Shown piece by piece: positions 45,101 through 60,100 of a stretch of DNA of 64,000 nt; position 1 is the stretch's first letter, and every line of letters starts with the position of its first letter. The notes below the pieces were generated by a model. That model saw only the letters and a program-made list of their open reading frames with translations, was not told the origin of the DNA and made no database searches. Source of the stretch: Eledone cirrhosa (taxonomy: Eukaryota); contig OZ024740.1 in NCBI GenBank assembly GCA_964016885.1, positions 431,954,001 to 432,018,000 on the forward strand, in the 5' to 3' direction. The position numbers and the translations under genes were made by a program.

Positions 45101-48100
45101 GACAGACATTATCAGGCTACAGCTGTCATATTATATAGTTTCTACAACAATCCACAACAGTCACCAAATGGGGAAGACAGACATTATCAGGCTACAGCTG
45201 CCATATTATATAGTTTCTACAACAGACCACAACAGTCACCTAGTGGGGAAGACAGACATTATCTGGCTACAGCTGTCATATTATGTAGTTTCTACAACAG
45301 ACCACAACAGTCACCAAATGGGGAAGACAGACATTATCAGGCTACAGCTGCCATATTATATAGTTTCTACAACAGACCACAACAGTCACCAAATGGGGAA
45401 GACAGACAATATCAGGCTACAGCTGTCATATTATATAGTTTCTACAACAGACCACAACAGTCACCAAATGGGGAAGACAGACAATATCAGGCTACAGCTG
45501 TCATATTATATAGTTTCTACAACAGACCACAACAGTCACCAAATGGGGAAGACAGACATTATCAGGCTACAGCTGTCATATTATATAGTTTCTACAACAG
45601 ACCACAACAGTCACCAAATGGGGAAGACAGACAATATCAGGCTACAGCTGTCATATTATATAGTTTCTACAACAGACCACAACAGTCACCAAATGGGGAA
45701 GACAGACATTATCAGGCTACAGCTGTCATATTATATAGTTTCTACAACAGACCACAACAGTGACCAAATGGGGAAGACAGACAATATCAGGCTACAGCTG
45801 TCCTATTATATAGTTTCTACAACAGACCACAACAGTCACCTAGTGGGGAAGACAGACATTATCAGGCTACAGCTGTCATATTATATAGTTTCTACAACAA
45901 TCCACAACAGTCACCAAATGGGGAAGACAGACATTATCAGGCTACAGCTGCCATATTATATAGTTTCTACAACAGACCACAACAGTCACCTAGTGGGGAA
46001 GACAGACATTATCTGGCTACAGCTGTCATATTATGTAGTTTCTACAACAGACCACAACAGTCACCAAATGGGGAAGACAGACATTATCAGGCTACAGCTG
46101 CCATATTATATAGTTTCTACAACAGACCACAACAGTCACCAAATGGGGAAGACAGACAATATCAGGCTACAGCTGTCATATTATATAGTTTCTACAACAG
46201 ACCACAACAGTCACCAAATGGGGAAGACAGACAATATCAGGCTACAGCTGTCATATTATATAGTTTCTACAACAGACCACAACAGTCACCAAATGGGGAA
46301 GACAGACATTATCAGGCTACAGCTGTCATATTATATAGTTTCTACAACAGACCACAACAGTCACCAAATGGGGAAGACAGACAATATCAGGCTACAGCTG
46401 TCATATTATATAGTTTCTACAACAGACCACAACAGTCACCAAATGGGGAAGACAGACAATATCAGGCTACAGCTGTCATATTATATAGTTTCTACAACAG
46501 ACCACAACAGTCACCAAATGGGGAAGACAGACATTATCAGGCTACAGCTGTCATATTATATAGTTTCTACAACAGACCACAACAGTCACCAAATGGGGAA
46601 GACAGACAATATCAGGCTACAGCTGTCCTATTATATAGTTTCTACAACAGACCACAACAGTCACCTAGTGGGGAAGACAGACATTATCAGGCTACAGCTG
46701 TCATATTATATAGTTTCTACAACAATCCACAACAGTCACCAAATGGGGAAGACAGACATTATCAGGCTACAGCTGCCATATTATATAGTTTCTACAACAG
46801 ACCACAACAGTCACCTAGTGGGGAAGACAGACATTATCTGGCTACAGCTGTCATATTATGTAGTTTCTACAAAAGACCACAACAGTCACCAAATGGGGAA
46901 GACAGACATTATCAGGCTACAGCTGCCATATTATATAGTTTCTACAACAGACCACAACAGTCACCTAGTGGGGAAGACAGACATTATCTGGCTACAGCTG
47001 TCATATTATGTAGTTTCTACAACAGACCACAACAGTCACCAAATGGGGAAGACAGACAATATCAGGCTACAGCTGTCATATTATATAGTTTCTACAACAG
47101 ACCACAACAGTCACCTAGTGGGGAAGACAGACATTATCTGGCTACAGCTGCCATATTACATAGTTTCTACAACAGACCACAACAGTCACCTAGTGGGGAA
47201 GACAGACATTATCAGGCTACAGCTGCCATATTACATAGTTTCTACAACAGAACACAACAGTCACCAAATGGGGAAGACAGACATTATCTGGCTACAGCTG
47301 TCATATTATGTAGTTTCTACAACAGACCACAACAGTCACCAAATGGGGAAGACAGACATTATCAGGCTACAGCTGTCATATTACATAGTTTCTACAACAG
47401 ACCACAACAGTCACCTAGTGGGGAAGACAGACATTATCAGGCTACAGCTGCCATATTATATAGTTTCTACAACAGACCACAACAGTCACCTAGTGGGGAA
47501 GACAGACATTATCTGGCTACAGCTGCCATATTATATAGTTTCTACAACAGACCACAACAGTCACCTAGTGGGGAAGACAGACATTATCAGGCTACAGCTG
47601 TCATATTATATAGTTTCTACAACAGACCACAACAGTCACCTAGTGGGTAAGACAGACATTATCAGGCTACAGCTGTCATATTATATAGTTTATACAACAG
47701 ACCACAACAGTCACCTAGTGGGGAAGACAGACATTATCAGGCTACAGCTGTCATGTTATATAGTTTCTACAACAGAACACAACAGTCACCAAATGGGAAA
47801 GACAGACATTATCAGGCTACAGCTGCCATATTATATAGTTTCTACAACAGACCACAACAGTCACCAAATGGGGAAGACAGACAATATCAGGCTACAGCTG
47901 TCATATTATATAGTTTCTACAACAGACCACAACAGTCACCAAATGGGGAAGACAGACAATATCAGGCTACAGCTGTCATATTATATAGTTTCTACAACAG
48001 ACCACAACAGTCACCAAATGGGGAAGACAGACATTATCAGGCTACAGCTGCCATGTTATATAGTTTCTACAACAGACCACAACAGTCACCTAGTGGGGAA

Positions 48101-51100
48101 GACAGACATTATCTGGCTACAGCTGTCATATTATGTAGTTTCTACAACAGACCACAACAGTCACCAAATGGGGAAGACAGACATTATCAGGCTACAGCTG
48201 CCATATTATATAGTTTCTACAACAGACCACAACAGTCACCTAGTGGGGAAGACAGACATTATCTGGCTACAGCTGTCATATTATGTAGTTTCTACAACAG
48301 ACCACAACAGTCACCAAATGGGGAAGACAGACAATATCAGGCTACAGCTTTCATATTATATAGTTTCTACAACAGACCACAACAGTCACCTAGTGGGGAA
48401 GACAGACATTATCAGGTTACAGCTGCCATATTATATAGTTTCTACAACAGACCACAACAGTCACCTAGTGGGGAAGACAGACATTATCAGGCTATAGCTG
48501 TCATATTATATAGTTTCTACAACAGACCACAACAGTCACCAAATGGGGAAGACAGACAATATCAGGCTACAGCTGTCATATTATATAGTTTCTACAACAG
48601 ACCACAACAGTCACCTAGTGGGGAAGACAGACATTATCAGGCTACAGCTGTCATGTTATATAGTTTCTACAACAGAACACAACAGTCACCAAATGGGAAA
48701 GACAGACATTATCAGGCTACAGCTGCCACATTATATAGTTTCTACAACAGACCACAACAGTTACCTAGTGGGGAACACAGACATTATCAGGCTACAGCTG
48801 TCATATTACATAGTTTCTACAACAGAACACAACAGTCACCTAGTGGGGAAGACAGACATTATCAGGCTACAGCTGTCATATTACATAGTTTCTACAACAG
48901 ACCACAACAGTCACCTAGTGGGGAAGACAGACATTATCAGGCTACAGCTGCCATATTATATAGTTTCTACAACAGACCACAACAGTCACCAAATGGGCAA
49001 GATAGACATTATCAGGCTACAGCTGTCATGTTATATAGTTTCTACAACAGACCACAACAGTCACCTAGTGGGGAAGACAGACATTATCTGGCTACAGCTG
49101 CAATATTATATAGTTTCTACAACAGAACACAACAGTCACCTAGTGGGGAAGACAGACATTATCAGGCTACAGCTGTCATATTACATAGTTTCTACAACAG
49201 AACACAACAGTCACCTAATGGGGAAGACAGACATTATCAGGCTAAGGCTGCCATATTATATAGTTTCTACAACAGACCACAAAAGTCACCTAGTGGGGAA
49301 GACAGACATTATCTGGCTACAGCTGCCATATTATATAGTTTCTACAACAGACCACAACAGTCACCTAGTGGGGAAGACAGACATTATCAGGCTACAGCTG
49401 CCATATTATATAGTTTCTACAACAGACCACAACAGTCACCTAGTGGGGAAGACAGACATTATCTGGCTACAGCTGCCATATTTTATAGTTTCTACAACAG
49501 ACCACAACAGTCACCTAGTGTGGAAGACAGACATTATCAGGCTACAGCTGTCATATTATATAGTTTCTACAACAGACCACAACAGTCACCTAGTGGGGAA
49601 GACAGACATTATCTGGCTACAGCTGCCATATTATATAGTTTCTACAACAGACCACAACAGTCACCTAGTGGGGAAGACAGACATTATCAGGCTACAGCTG
49701 CCATATTATATAGTTTCTACAACAGAACACAACAGTCACCTAGTAGGGAAGATAGACATTATCAGGCTACAGCTGTCATATTACATAGTTTCTACAACAG
49801 AACACAACAGTCACCTAATGGGGAAGCCAGACATTATCAGGCTACAGCTGCCATATTATATAGTTTCTACAACAGACCACAACAGTCACCTAGTGGGGAA
49901 GACAGACATTATCTGGCTACAGCTGCCATATTATATAGTTTCTACAACAGAACACAACAGTCACCTAGTGGGGAAGACAGACATTATCAGGCTACAGCTG
50001 TCATATTACATAGTTTCTACAACAGAACACAACAGTCACTAAATGGGGAAGACAGACATTATCAGGCTACAGCTGTCATATTATATAGTTTCTACAACAG
50101 ACCACAACAGTCACCTAGTGGGGAAGACAGACATTATCAGGCTACAGCTGTCATGTTATATAGTTTCTATAACAGACCACAACAGTCACCTAGTGGGGAA
50201 GACAGACATTATCAGGCTACAGCTGTCATATTACATAGTTTCTACAACAGACCACAACAGTCACCTAGTGGGGAAGACAGAAATTATCAGGCTACAGCTG
50301 TCATATTACATAGTTTCTACAACAGACCACAACAGTCACCTAGTGGGGAAGACAGACATTATCAGGCTACAGCTGCCATATTATATAGTTTCTACAACAG
50401 ACCACAGCAGTCACATAGTGGGGAAGACAGACATTATCAGGCTACAGCTGTCATATTACATAGTTTCTACAACAGACCACAACAGTCACCTAGTGGGGAA
50501 GACAGACATTATCAGGCTACAGCTGTCATATTACATAGTTTCTACAACAGACCACAACAGTCACATAGTGGGGAAGACAGACATTATCAGGCTACAGCTG
50601 TCATATTACATAGTTTCTACAACAGACAACAACAGTCACCTAGTGGGGAAGACAGACATTATCAGGCTACAGCTGCCATATTATATAGTTTCTACAACAG
50701 ACCACAACAGTCACCTAGTGGGGAAGACAGACATTATCTGGCTACAGCTGCCATATTATATAGTTTCTACAACAGACCACAACAGTCACCTAGTGGGGAA
50801 GACAGACATTATCTGGCTACAGCTGCCATATTATATAGTTTCTACAACAGAACACAACAGTCACCTAGTGGGGAAGACAGACATTATCAGGCTACAGCTG
50901 TCATATTACATAGTTTCTACAACAGACCACAACAGTCACCTAGTGGGGAAGACAGACATTATCAGGCTACAGCTGTCATATTACATAGTTTCTACAACAG
51001 ACCACAACAGTCACATAGTGGGGAAGACAGACATTATCAGGCTACAGCTGTCATATTACATAGTTTCTACAACAGACCACAACAGTCACCTAGTGGGGAA

Positions 51101-54100
51101 GACAGACATTATCAGGCTACAGCTGTCATATTACATAGTTTCTACAACAGACCACAACAGTCACATAGTGGGGAAGACAGACATTATCAGGCTACAGCTG
51201 TCATATTACATAGTTTCTACAACAGACAACAACAGTCACCTAGTGGGGAAGACAGACATTATCAGGCTACAGCTGCCATATTATATAGTTTCTACAACAG
51301 ACCACAACAGTCACCTAGTGGGGAAGACAGACATTATCTGGCTACAGCTGCCATATTATATAGTTTCTACAACAGACCACAACAGTCACCTAGTGGGGAA
51401 GACAGACATTATCTGGCTACAGCTGCCATATTATATAGTTTCTACAACAGAACACAACAGTCACCTAGTGGGGAAGACAGACATTATCATGCTACAGCTG
51501 TCATATTACATAGTTTCTACAACAGACCACAACAGTCACCTAGTGGGGAAGACAGACATTATCAGGCTACAGCTGTCATATTACATAGTTTCTACAACAG
51601 ACCACAACAGTCACATAGTGGGGAAGACAGACATTATCAGGCTACAGCTGTCATATCATATAGTTTCTACAACAGACCACAACAGTCACCTAGTGGGGAA
51701 GACAGACATTATCAGGCTACAGCTGTCATATTACATAGTTTCTACAACAGACCACAAATGTCACCTAGTGGGGAAGACAGACATTATCAGGCTACAGCTG
51801 TCACATTACATAGTTTCTACAACAGACCACAAAAGTCACCTAGTGGGGAAGACAGACATTATCTGGCTACAGCTGCCATATTATATAGTTTCTACAACAG
51901 AACACAACAGTCACCTAGTGGGGAAGACAGACATTATCAGGCTACAGCTGTCATATTACATAGTTTCTACAACAGAACACAACAGTCACTAAATGGGGAA
52001 GACAGACATTATCAGGCTACAGCTGTCATATTATATAGTTTCTACAACAGACCACAACAGTCACCTAGTGGGGAAGACAGACATTATCAGGTTACAGCTG
52101 TCATATTACATAGTTTCTACAACAGACCACAACAGTCACCTAGTGGGGAAGACAGACATTATCAGGCTACAGCTGTCATATTACATAGTTTCTACAACAG
52201 ACCACAACAGTCACCTAGTGGGGAAGACAGAAATTATCAGGCTACAGCTGTCATATTACATAGTTTTTACAACAGACCACAACAGTCACCTAGTGGGGAA
52301 GACAGACATTATCAGGCTACAGCTGCCATATTATATAGTTTCTACAACAGACCACAACAGTCACATAGTGGGGAAGACAGACATTATCAGCCTACAGCTG
52401 TCATATTACATAGTTTCTACAACAGACCACAACAGTCACCTAGTGGGGAAGACAGACATTATCAGGCTACAGCTGTCATATTACATAGTTTCTACAACAG
52501 ACCACAACAGTCACATAGTGGGGAAGACAGACATTATCAGGCTACAGCTGCCATATTATATAGTTTCTACAACAGACCACAACAGTCACCTAGTGGGGAA
52601 GACAGACATTATCTGGCTACAGCTGCCATATTATATAGTTTCTACAACAGACCACAACAGTCACCTAGTGGGGAAGACAGACATTATCTGGCTACAGCTG
52701 CCATATTATATGGTTTCTACAACAGAACACAACAGTCACCTAGTGGGGAAGACAGACATTATCAGGCTACAGCTGTCATATTACATAGTTTCTACAACAG
52801 ACCACAACAGTCACATAGTGGGGAAGACAGACATTATCAGGCTACAGCTGTCATATTACATAGTTTCTACAACAGACCACAACAGTCACCTAGTGGGGAA
52901 GACAGACATTATCAGGCTACAGCTGTCATATTACATAGTTTCTACAACAGACCACAACAGTCACCTAGTGGGGAAGACAGACATTATCAGGCTACAGCTG
53001 CCATATTATATAGTTTCTACAACAGACCACAACAGTCACCTAGTGGGGAAGACAGACATTATCAGGCTACAGCTGTCATATTATATAGTTTCTACAATAG
53101 ACCACAACAGTCACCTAGTAAGGAAGACAGACATTATCAGGCTACAGCTGTCATATCATATAGTTTCTACAACAGACCACAACAGTCACCTAGTGGGGAA
53201 GACAGACATTATCAGGCTACAGCTGCCATATGATATAGTTTCTACAACAGACCACAACAGTCACCTAGTGGGGAAGACAGACATTATCAGGCTACAGCTG
53301 TCATATTACATAGTTTCTACAACAGACCACAAATGTCACCTAGTGGGGAAGACAGACATTATCAGGCTACAGCTGTCACATTACATAGTTTCTACAACAG
53401 ACCACAAAAGTCACCTAGTGGGGAAGACAGACATTATCAGGCTACAGCTGCCATATTATATAGTTACTACAACAGACCACAACAGTCACCTAGTGGGGAA
53501 GACAGACATTATCAGGCTACAGCTGTCATATTACATAGTTTCTACAACAGACCACAACAGTCACCTAGTGGGGAAGACAGACATTATCAGGCTACAGCTG
53601 CCATATTATATAGTTTCTACAACAGACCACAACAGTCACCTAGTGGGGAAGACAGACATTATCAGGCTACAGCTGTCATGTTATATAGTTTCTACAACAG
53701 ACCACAACAGTCACCAAATGGGGAAGACAGACATTATCAGGCTACAGCTGTCATATTATATAGTTTCTACAACAGACCACAACAGTCACCTAGTGGGGAA
53801 GACAGACATTATCAGGCTACAGCTGTCATGTTATATAGTTTCTATAACAGACCACAACAGTCACCTAGTGGGGAAGACAGACATTATCAGGCTACAGCTG
53901 TCATATTACATAGTTTCTACAACAGACCACAACAGTCACCTAGTGGGGAAGACAGACATTATCAGGCTACAGCTGTCATATTACATAGTTTCTACAACAG
54001 ACCACAACAGTCACCTAGTGGGGAAGACAGAAATTATCAGGCTACAGCTGTCATATTACATAGTTTCTACAACAGACCACAACAGTCACCTAGTGGGGAA

Positions 54101-57100
54101 GACAGACATTATCAGGCTACAGCTGCCATATTATATAGTTTCTACAACAGACCACAACAGTCACATAGTGGGGAAGACAGACATTATCAGGCTACAGCTG
54201 TCATATTACATAGTTTCTACAACAGACCACAACAGTCACCTAGTGGGGAAGACAGACATTATCAGGCTACAGCTGTCATATTACATAGTTTCTACAACAG
54301 ACCACAACAGTCACATAGTGGGGAAGACAGACATTATCAGGCTACAGCTGTCATATTACATAGTTTCTACAACAGACCACAACAGTCACCTAGTGGGGTA
54401 GACAGACATTATCAGGCTACAGCTGTCATATTACATAGTTTCTACAACAGACCACAAATGTCACCTAGTGGGGAAGACAGACATTATCAGGCTACAGCTG
54501 TCACATTACATGGTTTCTACAACAGACCACAAAAGTCACCTAGTGGGGAAGACAGACATTATCTGGCTACAGCTGCCATATTATATAGTTTCTACAACAG
54601 AACACAACAGTCACCTAGTGGGGAAGACAGACATTATCAGGCTACAGCTGTCATATTACATAGTTTCTACAACAGAATACAACAGTCACTAAATGGGGAA
54701 GACAGACATTATCAGGCTACAGCTGTCATATTATATAGTTTCTACAACAGACCACAACAGTCACCTAGTGGGGAAGACAGACATTATCAGGCTACAGCTG
54801 TCATGTTATATAGTTTCTATAACAGACCACAACAGTCACCTAGTGGGGAAGACAGACATTATCAGGCTACAGCTGTCATATTACATAGTTTCTACAACAG
54901 ACCACAACAGTCACCTAGTGGGGAAGACAGACATTATCAGGCTACAGCTGTCATATTACATAGTTTCTACAACAGACCACAACAGTCACCTAGTGGGGAA
55001 GACAGAAATTATCAGGCTACAGCTGTCATATTACATAGTTTCTACAACAGACCACAACAGTCACCTAGTGGGGAAGACAGACATTATCAGGCTACAGCTG
55101 CCATATTATATAGTTTCTACAACAGACCACAACAGTCACATAGTTGGGAAGACAGACATTATCAGGCTACAGCTGTCATATTACATAGTTTCTACAACAG
55201 ACCACAACAGTCACCTAGTGGGGAAGACAGACATTATCAGGCTACAGCTGCCATATTATATAGTTTCTACAACAGACCACAACAGTCACCTAGTGGGGAA
55301 GACAGACATTATCTGGCTACAGCTGCCATATTATATAGTTTCTACAACAGACCACAACAGTCACCTAGTGGGGAAGACAGACATTATCTGGCTACAGCTG
55401 CCATATTATATAGTTTCTACAACAGAACACAACAGTCACCTAGTGGGGAAGACAGACATTATCAGGCTACAGCTGTCATATTACATAGTTTCTACAACAG
55501 ACCACAACAGTCACCTAGTGGGGAAGACAGACATTATCAGGCTACAGCTGTCATATTACATAGTTTCTACAACAGACCACAACAGTCACATAGTGGGGAA
55601 GACAGACATTATCAGGCTACAGCTGTCATATTACATAGTTTCTACAACAGACCACAACAGTCACCTAGTGGGGAAGACAGACATTATCAGGCTACAGCTG
55701 TCATATTACATAGTTTCTACAACAGACCACAACAGTCACCTAGTGGGGAAGACAGACATTATCAGGCTACAGGTGCCATATTATATAGTTTCTACAACAG
55801 ACCACAACAGTCACCTAGTGGGGAAGACAGACATTATCAGGCTACAGCTGTCATATTATATAGTTTCTACAATAGACCACAACAGTCACCTAGTAAGGAA
55901 GACAGACATTATCAGGCTACAGCTGTCATATCATATAGTTTCTACAACAGACCACAACAGTCACCTAGTGGGGAAGACAGACACTATCAGGCTACAGCTG
56001 TCATATTACATAGTTTCTACAACAGACCACAAATGTCACCTAGTGGGGAAGACAGACATTATCAGGCTACAGCTGTCACATTACATAGTTTCAACAACAG
56101 ACCACAAAAGTCACATAGTGGGGAAGACAGACATTATCTGGCTACAGCTGCCATATTATATAGTTTCTACAACAGAACACAACAGTCACCTAGTGGGGAA
56201 GACAGACATTATCAGGCTACAGCTGTCATATTACATAGTTTCTACAACAGAACACAACAGTCACTAAATGGGGAAGACAGACATTATCAGGCTACAGCTG
56301 TCATATTATATAGTTTCTACAACAGACCACAACAGTCACCTAGTGGGGAAGACAGACATTATCAGGCTACAGCTGTCATGTTATATAGTTTCTATAACAG
56401 ACCACAACAGTCACCTAGTGGGGAAGACAGACATTATCAGGCTACAGCTGTCAGATTACATAGTTTCTACAACAGACCACAACAGTCACCTAGTGGGGAA
56501 GACAGACATTATCAGGCTACAGCTGTCATATTACATAGTTTCTACAACAGACCACAACAGTCACCTAGTGGGGAAGACAGAAATTATCAGGCTACAGCTG
56601 TCATATTACATAGTTTCTACAACAGACCACAACAGTCACCTAGTGGGGAAGACAGACATTATCAGGCTACAGCTGCCATATTATATAGTTTCTACAACAG
56701 ACCACAACAGTCACATAGTGGGGAAGACAGACATTATCAGGCTACAGCTGTCATATTACATAGTTTCTACAACAGACCACAACAGTCACCTAGTGGGGAA
56801 GACAGACATTATCAGGCTACAGCTGTCATATTACATAGTTTCTACAACAGACCACAACAGTCACATAGTGGGGAAGACAGACATTATCAGGCTACAGCTG
56901 TCATATTACATAGTTTCTACAACAGACAACAACAGTCACCTAGTGGGGAAGACAGACATTATCAGGCTACAGCTGCCATATTATATAGTTTCTACAACAG
57001 ACCACAACAGTCACCTAGTGGGGAAGACAGACATTATCTGGCTACAGCTGCCATATTATATAGTTTCTACAACAGACCACAACAGTCTCCTAGTGGGGAA

Positions 57101-60100
57101 GACAGACATTATCTGGCTACAGCTGCCATATTATATAGTTTCTACAACAGAACACAACAGTCACCTAGTGGGGAAGACAGACATTATCAGGCTACAGCTG
57201 TCATATTACATAGTTTCTACAACAGACCACAACAGTCACCTAGTGGGGAAGACAGACATTATCAGGCTACAGCTGTCATATTACATAGTTTCTACAACAG
57301 ACCACAACAGTCACCTAGTGGGGAAGACAGACATTATCAGGCTACAGCTGCCATATTATATAGTTTCTACAACAGACCACAACAGTCACCTAGTGGGGAA
57401 GACAGACATTATCAGGCTACAGCTGTCATATTATATAGTTTCTACAATAGACCACAACAGTCACCTAGTAAGGAAGACAGACATTATCAGGCTACAGCTG
57501 TCATATCATATAGTTTCTACAACAGACCACAACAGTCACCTAGTGGGGAAGACAGACATTATCAGGCTACAGCTGCCATATGATATAGTTTCTACAACAG
57601 ACCACAACAGTCACCTAGTGGGGAAGACAGACATTATCAAGCTACAGCTGTCATATTACATAGTTTCTACAACAGACAACAAATGTCACCTAGTGGGGAA
57701 GACAGACATTATCAGGCTACAGCTGTCACATTACATAGTTTCTACAACAGACCACAAAAGTCACCTAGTGGGGAAGACAGACATTATCAGGCTACAGCTG
57801 CCATATTATATAGTTACTACAACAGACCACAACAGTCACCTAGTGGGGAAGACAGACATTATCAGGCTACAGCTGTCATATTACATAGTTTCTACAACAG
57901 ACCACAACAGTCACCTAGTGGGGAAGACAGACATTATCAGGCTACAGCTGCCATATTATATAGTTTCTACAACAGACCACAACAGTCACCTAGTGGGGAA
58001 GACAGACATTATCAGGCTACAGCTGTCATGTTATATAGTTTCTACAACAGACCACAACAGTCACCAAATGGGGAAGACAGACATTATCAGGCTACAGCTG
58101 TCATATTATATAGTTTCTACAACAGACCACAACAGTCACCTAGTGGGGAAGACAGACATTATCAGGCTACAGCTGTCATGTTATATAGTTTCTATAACAG
58201 ACCACAACAGTCACCTAGTGGGGAAGACAGACATTATCAGGCTACAGCTGTCATATTACATAGTTTCTACAACAGACCACAACAGTCACCTAGTGGGGAA
58301 GACAGACATTATCAGGCTACAGCTGTCATATTACATAGTTTCTACAACAGACCACAACAGTCACCTAGTGGGGAAGACAGAAATTATCAGGCTACAGCTG
58401 TCATATTACATAGTTTCTACAACAGACCACAACAGTCACCTAGTGGGGAAGACAGACATTATCAGGCTACAGCTGCCATATTATATAGTTTCTACAACAG
58501 ACCACAACAGTCACATAGTGGGGAAGACAGAAATTATCAGGCTACAGCTGTCATATTACATAGTTTCTACAACAGACCACAACAGTCACCTAGTGGGGAA
58601 GACAGACATTATCAGGCTACAGCTGCCATATTATATAGTTTCTACAACAGACCACAACAGTCACATAGTGGGGAAGACAGACATTATCAGGCTACAGCTG
58701 TCATATTACATAGTTTCTACAACAGACCACAACAGTCACCTAGTGGGGAAGACAGACATTATCAGGCTACAGCTGCCATATTATATAGTTTCTACAACAG
58801 ACCACAACAGTCACATAGTGGGGAAGACAGACATTATCAGGCTACAGCTGTCATATTACATAGTTTCTACAACAGACCACAACAGTCACCTAGTGGGGAA
58901 GACAGACATTATCAGGCTACAGCTGTCATATTACATAGTTTCTACAACAGACCACAACAGTCACATAGTGGGGAAGACAGACATTATCAGGCTACAGCTG
59001 TCATATTACATAGTTTCTACAACAGACAACAACAGTCACCTAGTGGGGAAGACAGACATTATCAGGCTACAGCTGTCATATTACATAGTTTCTACAACAG
59101 ACCACAACAGTCACCTAGTGGGGAAGACAGACATTATCAGGCTACAGCTGTCATATTACATAGTTTCTACAACAGACCACAACAGTCACATAGTGGGGAA
59201 GACAGACATTATCAGGCTACAGCTGTCATATTACATAGTTTCTACAACAGACCACAACAGTCACCTAGTGGGGAAGACAGACATTATCAGGCTACAGCTG
59301 TCATATTACATAGTTCCTACAACAGACCACAACAGTCACCTAGTGGGGAAGACAGACATTATCAGGCTACAGCTGCCATATTATATAGTTTCTACAACAG
59401 ACCACAACAGTCACCTAGTGGGGAAGACAGACATTATCAGGCTACAGCTGTCATATTATATAGTTTCTACAATAGACCACAACAGTCACCTAGTAAGGAA
59501 GACAGACATTATCAGGCTACAGCTGTCATATCATATAGTTTCTACAACAGACCACAACAGTCACCTAGTGGGGAAGACAGACATTATCAGGCTACAGCTG
59601 TCATATTACATAGTTTCTACAACAGACCACAAATGTCACCTAGTGGGGAAGACAGACATTATCAGGCTACAGCTGTCACATTACATAGTTTCTACAACAG
59701 ACCACAAAAGTCACCTAGTGGGGAAGACAGACATTATCTGGCTACAGCTGCCATATTATATAGTTTCTACAACAGAACACAACAGTCACCTAGTGGGGAA
59801 GACAGACATTATCAGGCTACAGCTGTCATATTACGTAGTTTCTACAACAGAACACAACAGTCACTAAATGGGGAAGACAGACATTATCAGGCTACAGCTG
59901 TCATATTATATAGTTTCTACAACAGACCACAACAGTCACCTAGTGGGGAAGACAGACATTATCAGGCTACAGCTGTCATGTTATATAGTTTCTATAACAG
60001 ACCACAACAGTCACCTAGTGGGGAAGACAGACATTATCAGGCTACAGCTGTCATATTACATAGTTTCTACAACAGACCACAACAGTCACCTAGTGGGGAA

